In this document: piece after piece, positions 49,501 to 63,048 of the stretch
How positions within the stretch are numbered: the stretch's first letter is position 1
How the letters are laid out: every line of letters starts with the position of its first letter
Assembly: GCA_043228905.1 (NCBI GenBank)
Contig: JBHGNT010000001.1
Coordinates: forward strand, 11,966,001 to 12,030,000
Origin: Azolla caroliniana
Taxonomy: Eukaryota > Plantae > Polypodiophyta
Direction: 5' to 3'
DNA: 64,000 bases
Notes under the pieces: generated by a model
Database searches by the model: none
Told to the model about the DNA's origin: nothing
The model's input: only the letters and a program-made list of their open reading frames with translations
Position numbers and translations under genes: made by a program

Positions 49501-50891
49501 AATAACTGAGAGGCCATTACATCTGTAACCTTTTGTTCAATAGTTGCAAGAACAATTTGTTTCTTGTTAAAATTGTCTATCGTAAAAGATTCAGCAAACA
49601 ATAAGTTATGATAATAATCTGAGACTATACTTCGCATCTCAAAGACATCTGATGTATAGGATCCATCAAGCTGCTTCAAGAAGTAATAGAAGGAGGTCTA
49701 GTTTTCCATTTAAACTGATTGAAGAATTCCTTATTGACCCAATCTTGCCTTTGCGACCAACGAGCAACATTACGATAGTAAAAGAACATTGAGCGTGCTT
49801 CCTGTTTTTCCTTTAGATTGTTTTTTACTTGCTGCAAATCACAACATAATATAGATGAAGTTGGATACCTTTCCAACAATTGTTGTAATGTTGTAAGAGC
49901 ACAACGCAAGTTAGGAATCTCTGAATTGCAGTGATAAACAGATGCTGAAACTATTTTTGTCAATAGAATATTTGTATCGAGTATGGCATGAACCATACTG
50001 CTAAGCAAACAATCATCCAAGAAATTGTAATTTGACCATATCTGAGTGATTGACATTCGATGATTATCATCATATAACAATGCAGGAGGGATACACAATT
50101 GCCTCGAGTATCGCCTCTTAGTAAATGTAACATGTAACTTCAATGGGTCGTGATCAGAGATAGTTGACCCCAGAATAATTCCTATGGATCCACCTGCTTC
50201 CCAAAAAACACTACTAGCATAAAATCTATCTAGTCGACACAAATTTGTAGCAACCAAACTTCCATCTGATCTAGAAAATTGAAGGGATCCTTGTGTACGT
50301 GAAAATGAGTGCACCTTCCATAAATCTAACAAACCATAGGTAAAACAAAAGTAGTCCCAACACTTAGCTTCCCATCCTGAAATTGTAGTAGTTATACCTC
50401 CCATTCTATCAGTAGCTTCCTCGATCATATTAAAGTCGCTTGCCACCAACCAACACTCCGCTAAACTCGCATAATCAGAAAGAGATAACCATAACTTTGC
50501 CCTTTCTACTGTAGAATTAGGGGCGTAGAGATTCATAAGGCCAACTTTTTGGGATCTTATTTTTACAATAAGGAATTGTGCCCGTTTATTCACAATAGTA
50601 GCAGTTGACACAATGATAGACTGCAAATGTTGTTTAATAGTAATGCATAATCCAGCCTGTCGGCCAATGGGGCCAAAGGCAAGAATCTAGAATTGAGTCC
50701 ATTGTCCTGGTAAAATAGATCCATACTTCTGAATCCTATCCATGCATAAGTGATGCTCTTGTAAAAAAAAGAATATCAATAGTGCCTACATTAGCAGTAC
50801 CTAAATCCGCACGTAAGAGTTCTTTAAATCTGTGAAAAGCATGACCACCCAAGCCTTGCACATTCCAGGAAAGAAGATGTAAGGTGTCCAT
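46557..50891 (-). pseudogene. L1 ORF2 (AP endonuclease, RT, zf-RVT), disrupted
   Basis: Motifs SWNVQGL, NLYAPN, SDFN, RLDRF, SDHDP, WRPITL, LDFEKAYDKV, RQGCPLAP, FVDD and CGFC...ETTKHVLWSC. Confidence 0.92.
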
Positions 50892-50899
50892 CTTACACA

Positions 50900-52693
50900 G
50901 ATTTTATTGGTGTCCTTTTCTCAAGGAGAGCATCTTGACGGCCTTTTTGGGCACCCTCCTGAGCTCTTGCTTGTCTTTTTAAAAGAAGATAGTTCCCTAC
51001 ATACTTATGCACCCTATGATCCTTAACTTGCTTTTGAGGGGTTTGAAGTGTCAAGGTATCCTATGAAACTTTGAATTGAAATCCATCACAAGGGAGTTTA
51101 TCCACTCCTTGAGCCATTTCAACACCCATAATATTTGATTGATTAGAAATAGGTTTTCCTACGAGCTTATCAAAGGGAAGCGAATTAACAGAGACATCGA
51201 TTTGTTGGTTTGCTTCTACCCCCATAACACTTGGAGGCATTTCCACATCTGTAATATCTTGAGCAGAAACGACTTTTCCTTTTAATTTTTCAGAAGAAGC
51301 CAAATTAACAGCTGGTGTCAAGTGTTGATTCTCAACCATTTTCAAGGGTGGTTGGCCTACTACTAACCTCGGAAAAGACTTAGGCAACTAAGTGGAAAGT
51401 AAGTCTGTCTTTTGTGAGGAAAAACCCGAATTAAATCTCTGTTGGGAAAGATGGGTTGATGTTTGATCCAAAGTATTCACTTCATGTGACCAATCCTCTT
51501 CTACATGGAGAGTAGAATACCTATTCTGTAAGGGGGGTAATTCCTTTAAATTAATAATTGACACCTGATGAGGCTTGTCATAAGATACTTGTGAAGATGT
51601 TTTCCTATGCCCGACCTCTGTCCAACCCTCAAATCTAGCCTAATACGGGACTATATTTGTATTGGGTACATGCTTGTCTGTGTCTTTATTAAATTTAGGG
51701 CAATTTTTTGCCAAATGACCAAATCCAAAACACCGAAAACATTGATTTGGCAAACCCCTATACAATATTTTCTGAGAATAAGATTCCTGTCTTGAGTCAA
51801 GTAAATTGGGCAACAATATATTTGAGGGCAAAATTGTAGACTTAGAAATCAAAAGTTTTGTTGATGTAGCTCCCATATACCTATCCTCATTCTGACAAGG
51901 CTTATCATAAGTTTCCAAGACTTTACCAATATTACTCGCAATTAGATGCACAAAAGGCACCCACTCTTTACGTAAATTGGGAAACACTACCCCACATGTA
52001 TGATATGAATCTAAATCATAAAGTACCTGATTTGCGGAGAAGTTGTGAATCCACTTGTGGAAGAAAGATCGGTACCATTCGTTTGAGCTCGAACTCCACT
52101 TGATAAAAGTTATGACCAAGTATTTGGATATCCGTGATGTTGTCAACATCTTGTTTCAAAGCGGCTTGCAATAGCAAACGAAGATCAGCACGCCAAGGAC
52201 GAATGCCCAAAACTTGCGCAATGATAGTCCTCTTATCTAGACATTGAATCTCTCTTACAATCTGTGCTCTATCTTGTTATGGCAACAAAAGCTCTACTAC
52301 GTTGTCCGAAATAGGTGTGATATTCGGGTTAGCTACACGGGAGTCCCGGTTAGACTGTTCGCGACGGCGCGGCAATTGCTCCTGGTTAGCCGTTGCATTG
52401 AAGAAGACTAGAGTTATGGAGGAGGTTGAAAGGCTAACTGCGGCAACTGGATTGGTTGTAGCACGTAAACTGAAGGGGACAAACGGCTTTTCCGCATCTA
52501 CTGTGGGATAAACAGAAATCCCTACACATATCTCTAGATGATTTGAACAACCATCGGCTACAATAGGTTGGGGTGTGACCGGCTGGGCGGCGGCGGCAAG
52601 TTGGGTGGCGGCAGGCTGAGTGGCGGAAGGCTGAGCAGCAGAAGGTTGAGCAGCATTAGGATGAACGGTGACAGGAGATATGGTGGTCTTCAT
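50900..52693 (-). pseudogene. L1 ORF1, disrupted
   Basis: Zinc knuckle CFRCFGFGHLAKNC, N-terminal AAQP repeats, and position upstream of ORF2. Confidence 0.8.
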
Positions 52694-52751
52694 CGTGTCG
52701 TACTATGCATTCCTTTGCAACGGCAACAATCCAAAATCCTCTCTGAGCATG

Positions 52752-54190
52752 CTTTTACCCCTACTTATCCTCCATATTCTAGCCTTTTGAGTGCCCACAT
52801 CATTAGAAAGTTCTAAATATCTTCCAGTCCACTAATGGATTCCCTTGGGCATTGATTAAGTTGGCCAATTTGAAGCCTGCTTTTTGTCCTATCATCAGCC
52901 CATCCACTAGTAGATTGTAGTCTTTTGATCGATCAATGTCCATACCAATTTTGAAGCCCAAGTATCTAATAACGTCTCCTCTCCTCAACCATATGAAATT
53001 GGGGTCTAGGGCCCAATTTAACATGGGCTTATTACTGATCCAAATGCCCATAGATTTATTCCAATTTATTTTAGTACCTGATCCCATACATAACTCATCA
53101 ATTGCACTTTGCAATCTGTCCAAGTTGTTTGCATCACCCTTGACATAAGTTGTTGTGTCATCAACATATGTCATATCAAGCACCATTCCTGCATCATCGG
53201 GCAAGGTGAGGCCTTGTATTTGCCAAGATCTATCAACAATTTGATAATGCAAAGCTTCTGCTGCAATGATGTATAGGTACGGGGCCAATGGGCATCCTTG
53301 GCGTACCGATCGTGACTTCCAGCGATTAAAACTTGGTTGGATGCACCTCTGTAAAAGGCACCCATTCCAAGGATCCATTGTTGTTCAAAGCCTAGGGCCT
53401 CCATCACTGCTTCTAGCAATTCCCATGAGATCCCGTCACCTGCATTATTGCCCGGTCCACTTCTTGCTCCTTTGCCAATGCTGAGTATTCCCAAAAAGTT
53501 ATCACATTGTCAACAATGCCCCAGTTTTCCAAGAAGCCAGTTTGTGTTGTATGTATAATGTCCCCTAGTACCATTTTCAATCTCTTACTTACAACTTTGG
53601 CCATTATCTTATGAGCATTGATGAGAATCGTCAATGATCACGAATTATCGAGCGTTGTCAGGTCTTTTCCATCCTTGGGTATTAAAAAAACCATTCCTCT
53701 ACACATTGTTGTGGGCATTAATCCTTCTTCCATAATGTATTGCATCCCTGCTAGCATATCATCCTTAATTAGATCCCAATGTTTGGTGTAAAAGTATATA
53801 GGAAGTTCGTCAATTCCTGCACAACTTTGTTTGTTCATATCCCCAATTACAACCCACAATTCTTGCATGCATATAGGGGTATTTAGTCGGTCCATCTCTG
53901 AGCAGTAACTTTCTTTGGTATCCTATTTATTATATTTCTGAAGGCATCATGATCAATATGTTCCTCTTTGCATACATTTAGTAGTTGAGTATAATAGCTC
54001 GTGGCTATTTCAAGCATTTCCTCCTCGCATGTGGTCATTGTGCCATATGTCTTTTTTAAACATGAAGGTTGAGTCTCGGATCCTCTACATTTGAGAGCTT
54101 CAAAAAAACCTTTAATAACCCAGTCTCCTACCCTCATCCAACTTGCTACTTTACTTTGATAGGCATAGGAATATTACATTGTGCTTCATA
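52752..54190 (-). mobile_element. Older L1-like LINE RT fragment (host of the full-length L1)
   Basis: Motifs IHTTQTGF, RSVRQGCPLAPYLY, YVDD, INWNKS and RYLG. Confidence 0.85.
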
Positions 54191-54539
54191 CTTTAGGGGC
54201 CATTACGAACATATGTTACAATTTACAGCATATGTCAAGCAAGCAATGTACCCACCCACCCAACAGTGGAGAATCTAAAGAACACCAAAGAAATTATATT
54301 TACTTTGAACAAGTGTTGTATAGGACATGATTTACTAAATGCCTATTTGGTGATCATTTCAGAGGTTCATATCTAATAACAAGAACACGCATTTGGTATA
54401 TTTTAAGTTGGCAACATCTTAGTGTGGAACGAGTGCGAGTGCAGGAATTAAAATTTTAAAGACATGTGTATCAACAAAGAAACATGTAAATAAGTATAAT
54501 TGAAGTTAAAATCCAACATTAATAATAAGGCTAACTTAT

Positions 54540-55430
54540 GTAGATGATGTGGTTCTTTTTTACAAATACTTTAGAAGATTCCCAAATTATTTTTGAGCTT
54601 GAATACTTCTGTATGCATGGTAACTTGAGTGTCAATGGTTCAAGAATGAAGGTGATACTTGTGAAGACTCAAAATAAGGAAAATGTATGCAATGTGTACA
54701 AAATGAGCGACTTAAACTGTAACTGGATGCATGTGTCATGGGCTTGAGGTTCTCTCTAATCATTGATGGGATGCATGTGCTATCCACCGCTTAGAAACGA
54801 GAAAGACCATTTACTATGCATTGGAGAATACATGCAATGGTACAAAAATAAATGTTGGGCTCTCAAGAAATTTGTTTTTTGATATATTGGTAGCATTAAT
54901 GCTTGAATTATGGGGATTAGTGCATGGGGCAATAGCTCCCTAATTCCACTTGGGGTTTCAAAATGTCCAAAAGAAATATCTTTGAAGTTTTTTGAAGTCA
55001 GGATTCTAACACAATATATGTTCCTACTTCTTGATACACAGTCACTTCCCACCGGAGAATGTCCACAAAAAGGGTGTACTTGTTCCCATTCTATTGATCT
55101 TGAAAGTAAAATTTCGATGGATGTAAGATATGAAAAATTATTTGGAAACAGATGCATGTTTGCTTCATTATGCACAAATCAATTTCTATGTGAATGAGGC
55201 ATCTATGCAAAATCAATGTGTCATGGTTTGCATTTCATGCATTATATTATATATGTTGCACCAAACTACCAAATCATATTCTTTTTTGTAGATGGAAACT
55301 AAAGTCATGAATACATGTTGGAGCACATTCATTTGTCTACCATCCATATCATTCCTTCATACAACTTTGCTCACATTGTGTTTGATGTGAGGTGAGGCAC
55401 TAGGTCATGGGTGAGGATACTCATTGACAA
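54540..55430 (+). mobile_element. Second decayed RTE-like LINE 3' fragment
   Basis: Collinear similarity to ~42615-43810, for example GAAGATTCCCAAAT, TGAAGGTGATAC and CACATTGT.TTTGATGTGAG. Confidence 0.55.
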
Positions 55431-55488
55431 ATGCTTCAACACGATAAGCAAATTTGGTTTATGGTTGGACCCATAGGTCATATTTGAC

Positions 55489-55519
<31 letters not shown>

Positions 55520-57185
55520 TAGGGTAGGTAGTTTACATTGTAGCATCAAAGTCATAAATTTGAGAAACCCAAGTTCAAAGCTCACCATGGCATAGATTTG
55601 GACTCCATTTTCGACAATCTTCATGATGAACCTTAACATCAATTAATAGGTGTGGCTTTGTGTAGAGTATAATGGATTAGTTTATGAAGGTGGCTCACGT
55701 TATCTTTTGCTCTACAAAACTCAGGGGTAGAAACATCGCATTTGATATTTACAAATTTAAGTGGATCATGAATTTCATTAACTGTTTTGGTTTTTTCCTA
55801 ATGTTCATCATCCATGTCAATATAGGTCTCCTCTCTCTTGACTAGTTTCTACTATCCTCTTTGAATCAAAACATGGTGGATCTTATTCTTTCATAGAGAA
55901 TTTGGATCCCTCAAGTTATGGATTTCTAAGCCTGATACTTTGCCTTGTGCCAAGAAAGACAAGAATTGGTTGAATTATGAGATAGCTAACAAGACATTCC
56001 ACCCATTCCCATGAGTGTGTTTAATATAGCACATAGGTTATTGCATCATTACTCATGGATTGCTTTGATTCCTTTCTGATTTCACTGCCCTCACCTAGGT
56101 TATTGTACATCAAAATGTCTCTTTAATATCTTAAGACACCACCACATTTTGTTTCTCACTCGAGAACGAAGGAGAAAACTATCCCTCGTGAGTCTCTTGC
56201 TTTTAATCAAGGGGCACTTTTGATATTACAAAAATCATTCAAGAGTATATAAATGATATTACTTCAATATAAAAGGGGCATTTATGATATTTCCTTTTAA
56301 AACATTATACAGAATATTACTTCAAACAATATATCATTTATGATATTTCTATTTAAAAGATTAAGAGTTAAAAAGAGAAAGCATATGTATGTGTAGAGAA
56401 AGCGTCTCAACCATTGTATTGAAACACACAATGAAACACACAAACAAACGACATGTTGTAAAAAGAGCAAATGACCAATGACCAAACACCTCATTAAGAG
56501 GAACAAAAAAATCAATTGTTCCATCGCATTCACAGTGTTACTATTATTGAGATATTGAGTGAGATCATAGTGTTACCATTATTGAGATATTGAGTGAGCT
56601 TGTGGAATCATGTTTTTCTTAAAAAAAGAGAGGATGGGATATTTGAAGTTTAAATACTTAAGATCTTAAGACTTTAAATGTGGCATGGCCTACTCATGTG
56701 TTTTACATTTTGATTATGTTCAAACTTTCGCAATGGGATTACGAGATTTTCACATAACACATTGGCAGAATATTTTCAAGTAACTTTGAAGATCTATAAT
56801 ATAAATCAACATTAAGGAGAAAACACTACAATATGGCTCATGTACATGAGCTAAATATGCACATACTAGCCAAAAGCTTTACATATGGCCCATAAATATG
56901 AGCGTGTAGATATCTTATAGACCATATTTTAATATTCGACAAAACACCTATGCACTACAACGAAAGTGTTGTAGTGGAGCCGAATATACTATTTATTCAA
57001 TCACATCTAAGCTTTCTGGTAAACATCGTCTAACCTGTGTCAAATCAAATCAAATGAGAGAATGAGGAAATGGGGTTATACAGAATCCCCAAGTATATAT
57101 CAATTAAAGCTTGGAAATTTTAGGAAGCATTGATACACAAAAAAGTAAGATGAACTTGGGCATACATTACCATATGATCAAGTGT

Positions 57186-57524
57186 CTAATGGTGCCCATC
57201 CCCTTGGTCACCATGTCCACCATCCCCACCTTTTCCTCCATGATTTCCCTCATTGTCATGGCCACCTTTTCCTGATCCATAGCCACCTCCATTATGGTGA
57301 TCGTTGTCATGGTCACCATAGCCACCTCCATTATGGTGATCGTTGTCATGGTCACCGTAGCCACCTCCACCATGGCCTCCACTAGAGCCTTCCCCATAAC
57401 CGCCTTTGCCTCCATGGTTCTCCTTGTCATCTTTACCAATAGTGGGCACGATATGAAATGCCTCAACAAGCAAAAAAACTATCAATATCATCCCAAACAT
57501 GGACAAAGCTCTTTGTCTCGCCAT
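57186..57524 (-). CDS. Secreted glycine/histidine-rich protein (GRP-like, 112 aa)
   Basis: Intact single-exon ORF with a hydrophobic signal peptide (...LIVFLLVEA) and GGGYGDHDNDHHN x2. It has a TATA box upstream and an AATAAA near 56992. Confidence 0.85.
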   Translation of the reverse strand: MARQRALSMFGMILIVFLLVEAFHIVPTIGKDDKENHGGKGGYGEGSSGGHGGGGYGDHDNDHHNGGGYGDHDNDHHNGGGYGSGKGGHDNEGNHGGKGGDGGHGDQGDGHH

Positions 57525-57553
57525 CTCTCTCTCACTCTCTCTCTCTCTCTCTC

Positions 57554-57586
<33 letters not shown>

Positions 57587-57628
57587 CTTGTTTTCACCAT
57601 TGAGCCTAGCATATGCATTTATATAGGC
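57525..57628 (-). promoter_or_regulatory. TATA box and microsatellite-containing 5' UTR of the GRP gene
   Basis: Minus-strand CCTATATAAATGC at ~57615-57627, then (CA)n and (GA)n tracts up to the ATG. Confidence 0.7.
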
Positions 57629-60292
57629 CATAGTCAACTTTCCTAAGTTGCAGCTCATGCTCCTAAATTAGAAACATTGGACTTTTTGGATATGCTTAAT
57701 GCATGCGTTAGTCAAATCTACATCCGTCAAATGCACATCCCGACTGCCTGTCAAAACCTTATCTCCTAGGCTTGTGCATACATTATTACCATGTGTGTTG
57801 GAGGGGCTTGGTCGTAGGTACCAATATCATCACCATCTAGACTATTCCTATTTGGATGGCATTTTTATGTAACACTTGTTTTTGGACTGAATTCCTTCCT
57901 TCCTATAACTCACATTTGTGGTTTCGAATCTCACTAAAATTGCCTACCAACTTTCCTTGTGAGAAATGAATCGTCTAACTTTCAAATATGATGTAGATAC
58001 CATTCTTCACTAATTAGAAAGTCACGTTGTTGGTAGATCTTTCAATTAATATGTTCTTCAAGTTTAACTCCAACTCGTAACGATATTGTCGTGCCCATAA
58101 AGTAACACACTTTGGAGCTACACAAATTCATGAAATTGTGTGTATTTCCCCATTTTGTATGCACATAAGTATTAACACTAGAACATGGAAATGTACTATC
58201 ATTCTATTGTAGATGGGGACTTCACTTATTTTATGGATACTCTTTTGGAGTGGCATTCCTCGTTGCTAATATAGTGTCGGCATAATTTATGCATTGCTCC
58301 CACACCTGAACAATTGAGAAATAAACTACCTCACCCATTTCTTATGGGGAAGACTCAGATGATCTAGTACCTTGAATTGAATAAGTTTACACGCTCACTC
58401 TAGGGTTCCTTTCAACTTTTTGTAATGTTTATCTTTTAAGCCGATATTTGCTAGAAGCATCATGGAAATATTTGCCTTGTGCTTCATCATTAATTAATAT
58501 CAATTAGTATTTAGGCAATCATTTGTATCTATTCATTACTCAAAATGTCATTTTTTTTCTCAAGGAACTCCTATTCATTACCTTAGTTGTCTTCATTTGT
58601 TTTTTTCTCATTACTATGTGAGGCCTTCAATTTCCTTGTGAAACACGTATTGGACAAGGATGGCTGAAGAGAAATCAAGAAGAATGAATCCTTTTTAACC
58701 CTAACTTCGAAAGAATCATCGTTCATCGTTACGTACCTTCATGGATTTCATTGGGAACTTGTTCCCTCATGTTAAATATCACCATTTTAATCATTAATCA
58801 CGTCGATTGCGCCACGTTTTACTTTATTGATTGAAATTAGAATCCTTTTCTTGATTTACTTCGTATGCACCGCTACACTATAGTGGACTTGACAATAACG
58901 CATGAGCATCCATTGTACCGGAGTAGCGATGTGATCGTCCATGAAAACCCACATGCAACGTTGAAGTACCTATATCCATTCTATTTATGTGAACAACCAA
59001 ATTTTTGCAGAATATTTGGCATTAGATTTTTACTCTCGTTTAGAAAAGTCATTTATAAGTTGTAATTATTATTCTACTTTGCAAGAGTGTATAATTTATT
59101 TTAAAAGATAGAAATGCAATCTTTACTCTCCAATGTTGAAGGTACCAAATACTCTTGTCTTCTAGAATATTTCAAAGGACTACAAAGCTTGCACAAGCAT
59201 AACAATCCCTACTATGTACTACCAAAGAAGTAAGTACATACATGTATGTTGGACACGCTTATATATATGACAATGTTCTAGTGATCACTTTGTATACATA
59301 CTGCCAAACCAAGTTTCTTCTACTAAACACAAAATTATGCATGGAATTGAAATATTCTATAGTTTAGTATGCCCTTAAATTTCGTCAACTTCAAAATAGG
59401 TATCTTCATATACATATTGACAAGTAGGCTGTTTTTCCTTAACCGAAAAAATGGTGTGGGAATTTCACTTTTGAAATGTCTAAATTATATCATGTGCGAG
59501 TTCTCACCTAGTAGAACATGAATTATGTTTGACGAGAAAGACATCCTATTTATATATCTTAGTAATAATTATTTGGGTCTAAATCTACAATAAATAATAA
59601 GATTGCACTTGTCTAAGAATATTGCAATTGTGACTCATATGTACAGTTCCTTTTGCTTTAGGGACCGTGACATGACCAATATATTACGATGCATACATAG
59701 GATTACACATATTACATCATATGTCAAGGAGCACTCAAGGTTTCCTAAACCAAGAAATTTATATTTATTTCGAACAAGTGTTGTTGAGGGCAAGATTTAC
59801 TACTAAAAGTCAATCCGATGATCATTTCCAAGGTTCATATGCAATCGTTTTAAGTTAACATTTTCGCATAGAGGGTATGGGGGTATTAACTTTTGAAAGG
59901 AATATGTTTGAACAAAGAGACATGTCTCAAAATAATTGAAGTTTTTAATCCAAATTCCTATGTACATAAACACGTTCCCCAATCACGAACACGTAATCAC
60001 ACACCTAGTTTAAAGTGTGCAAATTCCATGCATCACTTATAAGAGAGCACTTAATGATCCACTTAGTCAAAAGAGTGCAAACCCATGTATGTGATACATA
60101 TTGAGAAAGGCCTAAAAGGTAATTCTCACTATTGATCAAAGAGGTATATAACTTAATAACAAAGAAGGGTTTTATGTCTGCCCGTCAAAAAAAGTATTGT
60201 TAGCATCTCTTTCTCTGTGTTGTTCATCTTTTTCTTTGCAAGGAAACAACAAAAAACAACAACTCGACCACGTCTCCCTGCTCATTCAATAG

Positions 60293-61519
60293 TGGTATCA
60301 GAGCGGTGGGAGCCGACCAAATAAAACGTTTGTGGTAGGAATCGTTCGTTTTTCTCTCTTTGCCCCTCTATGTGTATGTTGTTTGCAAGAACTCGCCAAA
60401 ATAGACGTAATCTCCATTACTCCCTTGTTGTTGTAAGGACTTGTTTTCCCCCTATCTTTGAGACATTTTTGGGAAATACACCTTCAAAAGGTATTTTTCC
60501 TTCCTAAACCTAGAAACGGGAAGGATTTACTCGTTTCTGGTTTACAGAAGAGAGGATTTGCCTGCTAAATGCTTGCTCACTTGATATGAGATTGTGAAAT
60601 TGGAAGTTACGTTTTTTTTTTTGCATTCCATTTACCTTTGGTTGACATACGAGTGAGGTGTTATTCTTAGGGGAACATAGATACTTCTTGTTTTTCGGGG
60701 GCCCACAATATTTACGTATACATATCTTTTGAACACGGTGATAGTTGTAGTTGAGACCAACTAGTGAGTAGCGTCCCAACTAGCATTAGGTGCTTAGAGT
60801 TGCAATCAACTAAGCTTGTTATGCCATAAGAAGGGACACCTCAAGAAAGATTGTTATGCCCCAAAAAATAAGGAAAAAGATAATGCTAAATTCAAAGGTG
60901 ATGGGCATGGAAGAAAATTTAGTGGTCCTTCTTCCTCGGTGGAAATAGAGGAAGTAAATGAAACATATGATGAGATTGACATCTTGGTCTTAGATGATGT
61001 TAGCACACATGCTGGGGTGAATATGGTTTTTTCTCCATCCCGTATGTGGTTGTTGGACTTCGGTGTATCATTCCATGTGACTCCACATTAGACATTGGGG
61101 ATATCTCAATGCACTTTACTGATGGTTCTTATCTTATCATCAAAGATGTACGCCATGTTCCTCAACTAACTCTTAGTCTAATGTCCGTTGGTCAACTTGA
61201 TGACAACGACGATGATATTTGTTGCAAAAGGGAACAAAGTTGGTTCCCTCTACCCTCGATTTGTTAAAAAAAAAGAACATATGTTGGCTATCACAGACCA
61301 GCCAATGACGAGCAATTGGCATGGCCATTTAGGCCACATGTCACAAAATGGCATAGAAATTTAATCTCCTTATGGCCAGTTACCTAAGTTGTCATTATGT
61401 GATTTTGCATTATGTGAACATTGTCAACATGGTAAGCAAACCATAAGTGTACATAAGACCCATGTTCACTCCTCCACTAAATCATTGGATCTTGTTCACA
61501 CAGATGTTTGTGGAACTAT
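60293..61519 (+). mobile_element. Decayed Ty1/copia element 6 (outer layer of a nest)
   Basis: PBS TGGTATCAGAGC at 60293. Motifs CHKKGHLKKDC, WLLDFGVSFH, WHGHLGH and CEHC. DLVHTDVCG is interrupted at 61520. Confidence 0.8.
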
Positions 61520-63048
61520 TGTTGAGCGGGCAAGCCCAACATGATCTAGATCGGCTGAATAAGCCAAGAGTCGGATCTGAGTGTAATCGGTAGGCTGTTA
61601 GAGGCCTATGATCCTAGCCTAATACGTAGGTATATTTTTAGGAGTTAGTGTCAATAGCTCGGTATGAGCATTGAAGTACTTGTCAGTACTTCTAACAGTT
61701 CTTTTAAGGACTTGTGTAAAAGTGCTCACAGAGCACATTGAATGTACAAAGTTTTATAGAGCTTTTAAAATTGAGATTATTGTCTTGCTCTCTCTCTCAC
61801 CTACTCCGTGTATTCCATTCTCCATGTTTTGTGTTGCTATTCGGCTGAGTCGGTCGAGATATGTTTAGATTCCACATATTTATCTTTATATGGTATCAGA
61901 GTGTGAGGGTTGAACATCCTTTGCAACTAACAAGAGTTTTCTACACAAACCAAGACCTAACACTCGGTAAGAACCAACAAGAAGAGAAATGGAGAGAGGA
62001 ATGGGAAGATCACTTCTGATGGAGAAGCTTTATAGGAGCAGCTACGCATCTTGGTCATACAAGATGCACCAATACCTGTTAGGGCATGGGTATTGGAGTT
62101 ATGTCAATGGAGCAAATGATGCAATATCAGATTCGACACACAAGGATTTTTCGGCCTGGGAACAATTGGCAAGCAGAGTTCTTTATTGTTTCACATCCAG
62201 TGTCCGTGATCAACTATTGAGCTACATCCGGGACGCCAAGACCCCAAGACCCCAAGAGGCCAAAGGAGGCTTGGGGAACTCTGAAGAAGATTTTCGACGC
62301 GAGCACTATAACTAGAAAGCTTCAGCTTAGGCAGGAGCTGAACAACGTCTAACAAAGAGACATGTCAATGGCTGACTACACCTCCCGGATCAAGGACATC
62401 TGTGACTCTCTTGCCTCCATCAACGTGACTGTCGTGGAGGACGAAATGGTGCAGTTCTATCTCGGAGGATTGACGCAAAAATTTAGATAAATCCGAACAA
62501 CGGTTTGCATGAGAGTTGCAATTGATACTTCTCGTTGAAGAGAACCACGCGGGTATGTCAACGAGTATGCACACCGACAACAAGATGTCGTACACGGAAG
62601 AAATAGGCCCTGTGGTCTTGGTGGACAAGGGAGGTTGGCACGCAATGGAGGCGGCCAATAAGAGCAAAACTGAAGGCATAATTGAAATGCGAACAACAAT
62701 TCTGGACCCTCCAGAAACAGGGGGAGTCAAAGCGGCGCCGGAAACTGGCAAGGAAAGACTGACACGGAATGTTGGTAATGTGGCAAGAAAGGCCATAGGG
62801 AGAGCGAGTGTTGGAAGAAGCGGGCCGATTCGAACAAATCCGGATCCGGTAAGGCCGAACAAGGGAACCGGAAATGGATTGGGCCCAACCTTTAGGATGA
62901 ACCACAAGGCTAATTCGAGGAAGACATGCATCTCGGAACTGAATGAGGTATGGTATGTTGATTCTGGTGCGTCAAACCATATAACGTACGATGAGAAGTG
63001 GTTCTCGTATTTGGAGAAACTGAAACCATCGAGGGTCGTCGAAACCGG
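61520..63048 (+). mobile_element. Ty1/copia element 7 (copia-4 family): 5' LTR, gag and protease
   Basis: LTR 61520-61890 starts like the LTR at 35304. PBS at 61891. Motifs SYASWSYKMHQYLLGHGYW and WYVDSGASNH. Confidence 0.88.

Larger units (their letters stand above)
46413..52739 (-). mobile_element. Full-length decayed L1-clade LINE
   Basis: 12-bp TSD TCTCTGAGCATG (46401-46412 / 52740-52751), a poly(A) tail at 46413-46423, and ORF1 plus ORF2. Confidence 0.93.

Noticed and set aside
57167-57646. Alternative-frame and antisense ORFs over the GRP gene
   Set aside because: They are shadows of the GGN/CAY repeats and microsatellites. Only 57186-57524 has a signal peptide and a TATA box.
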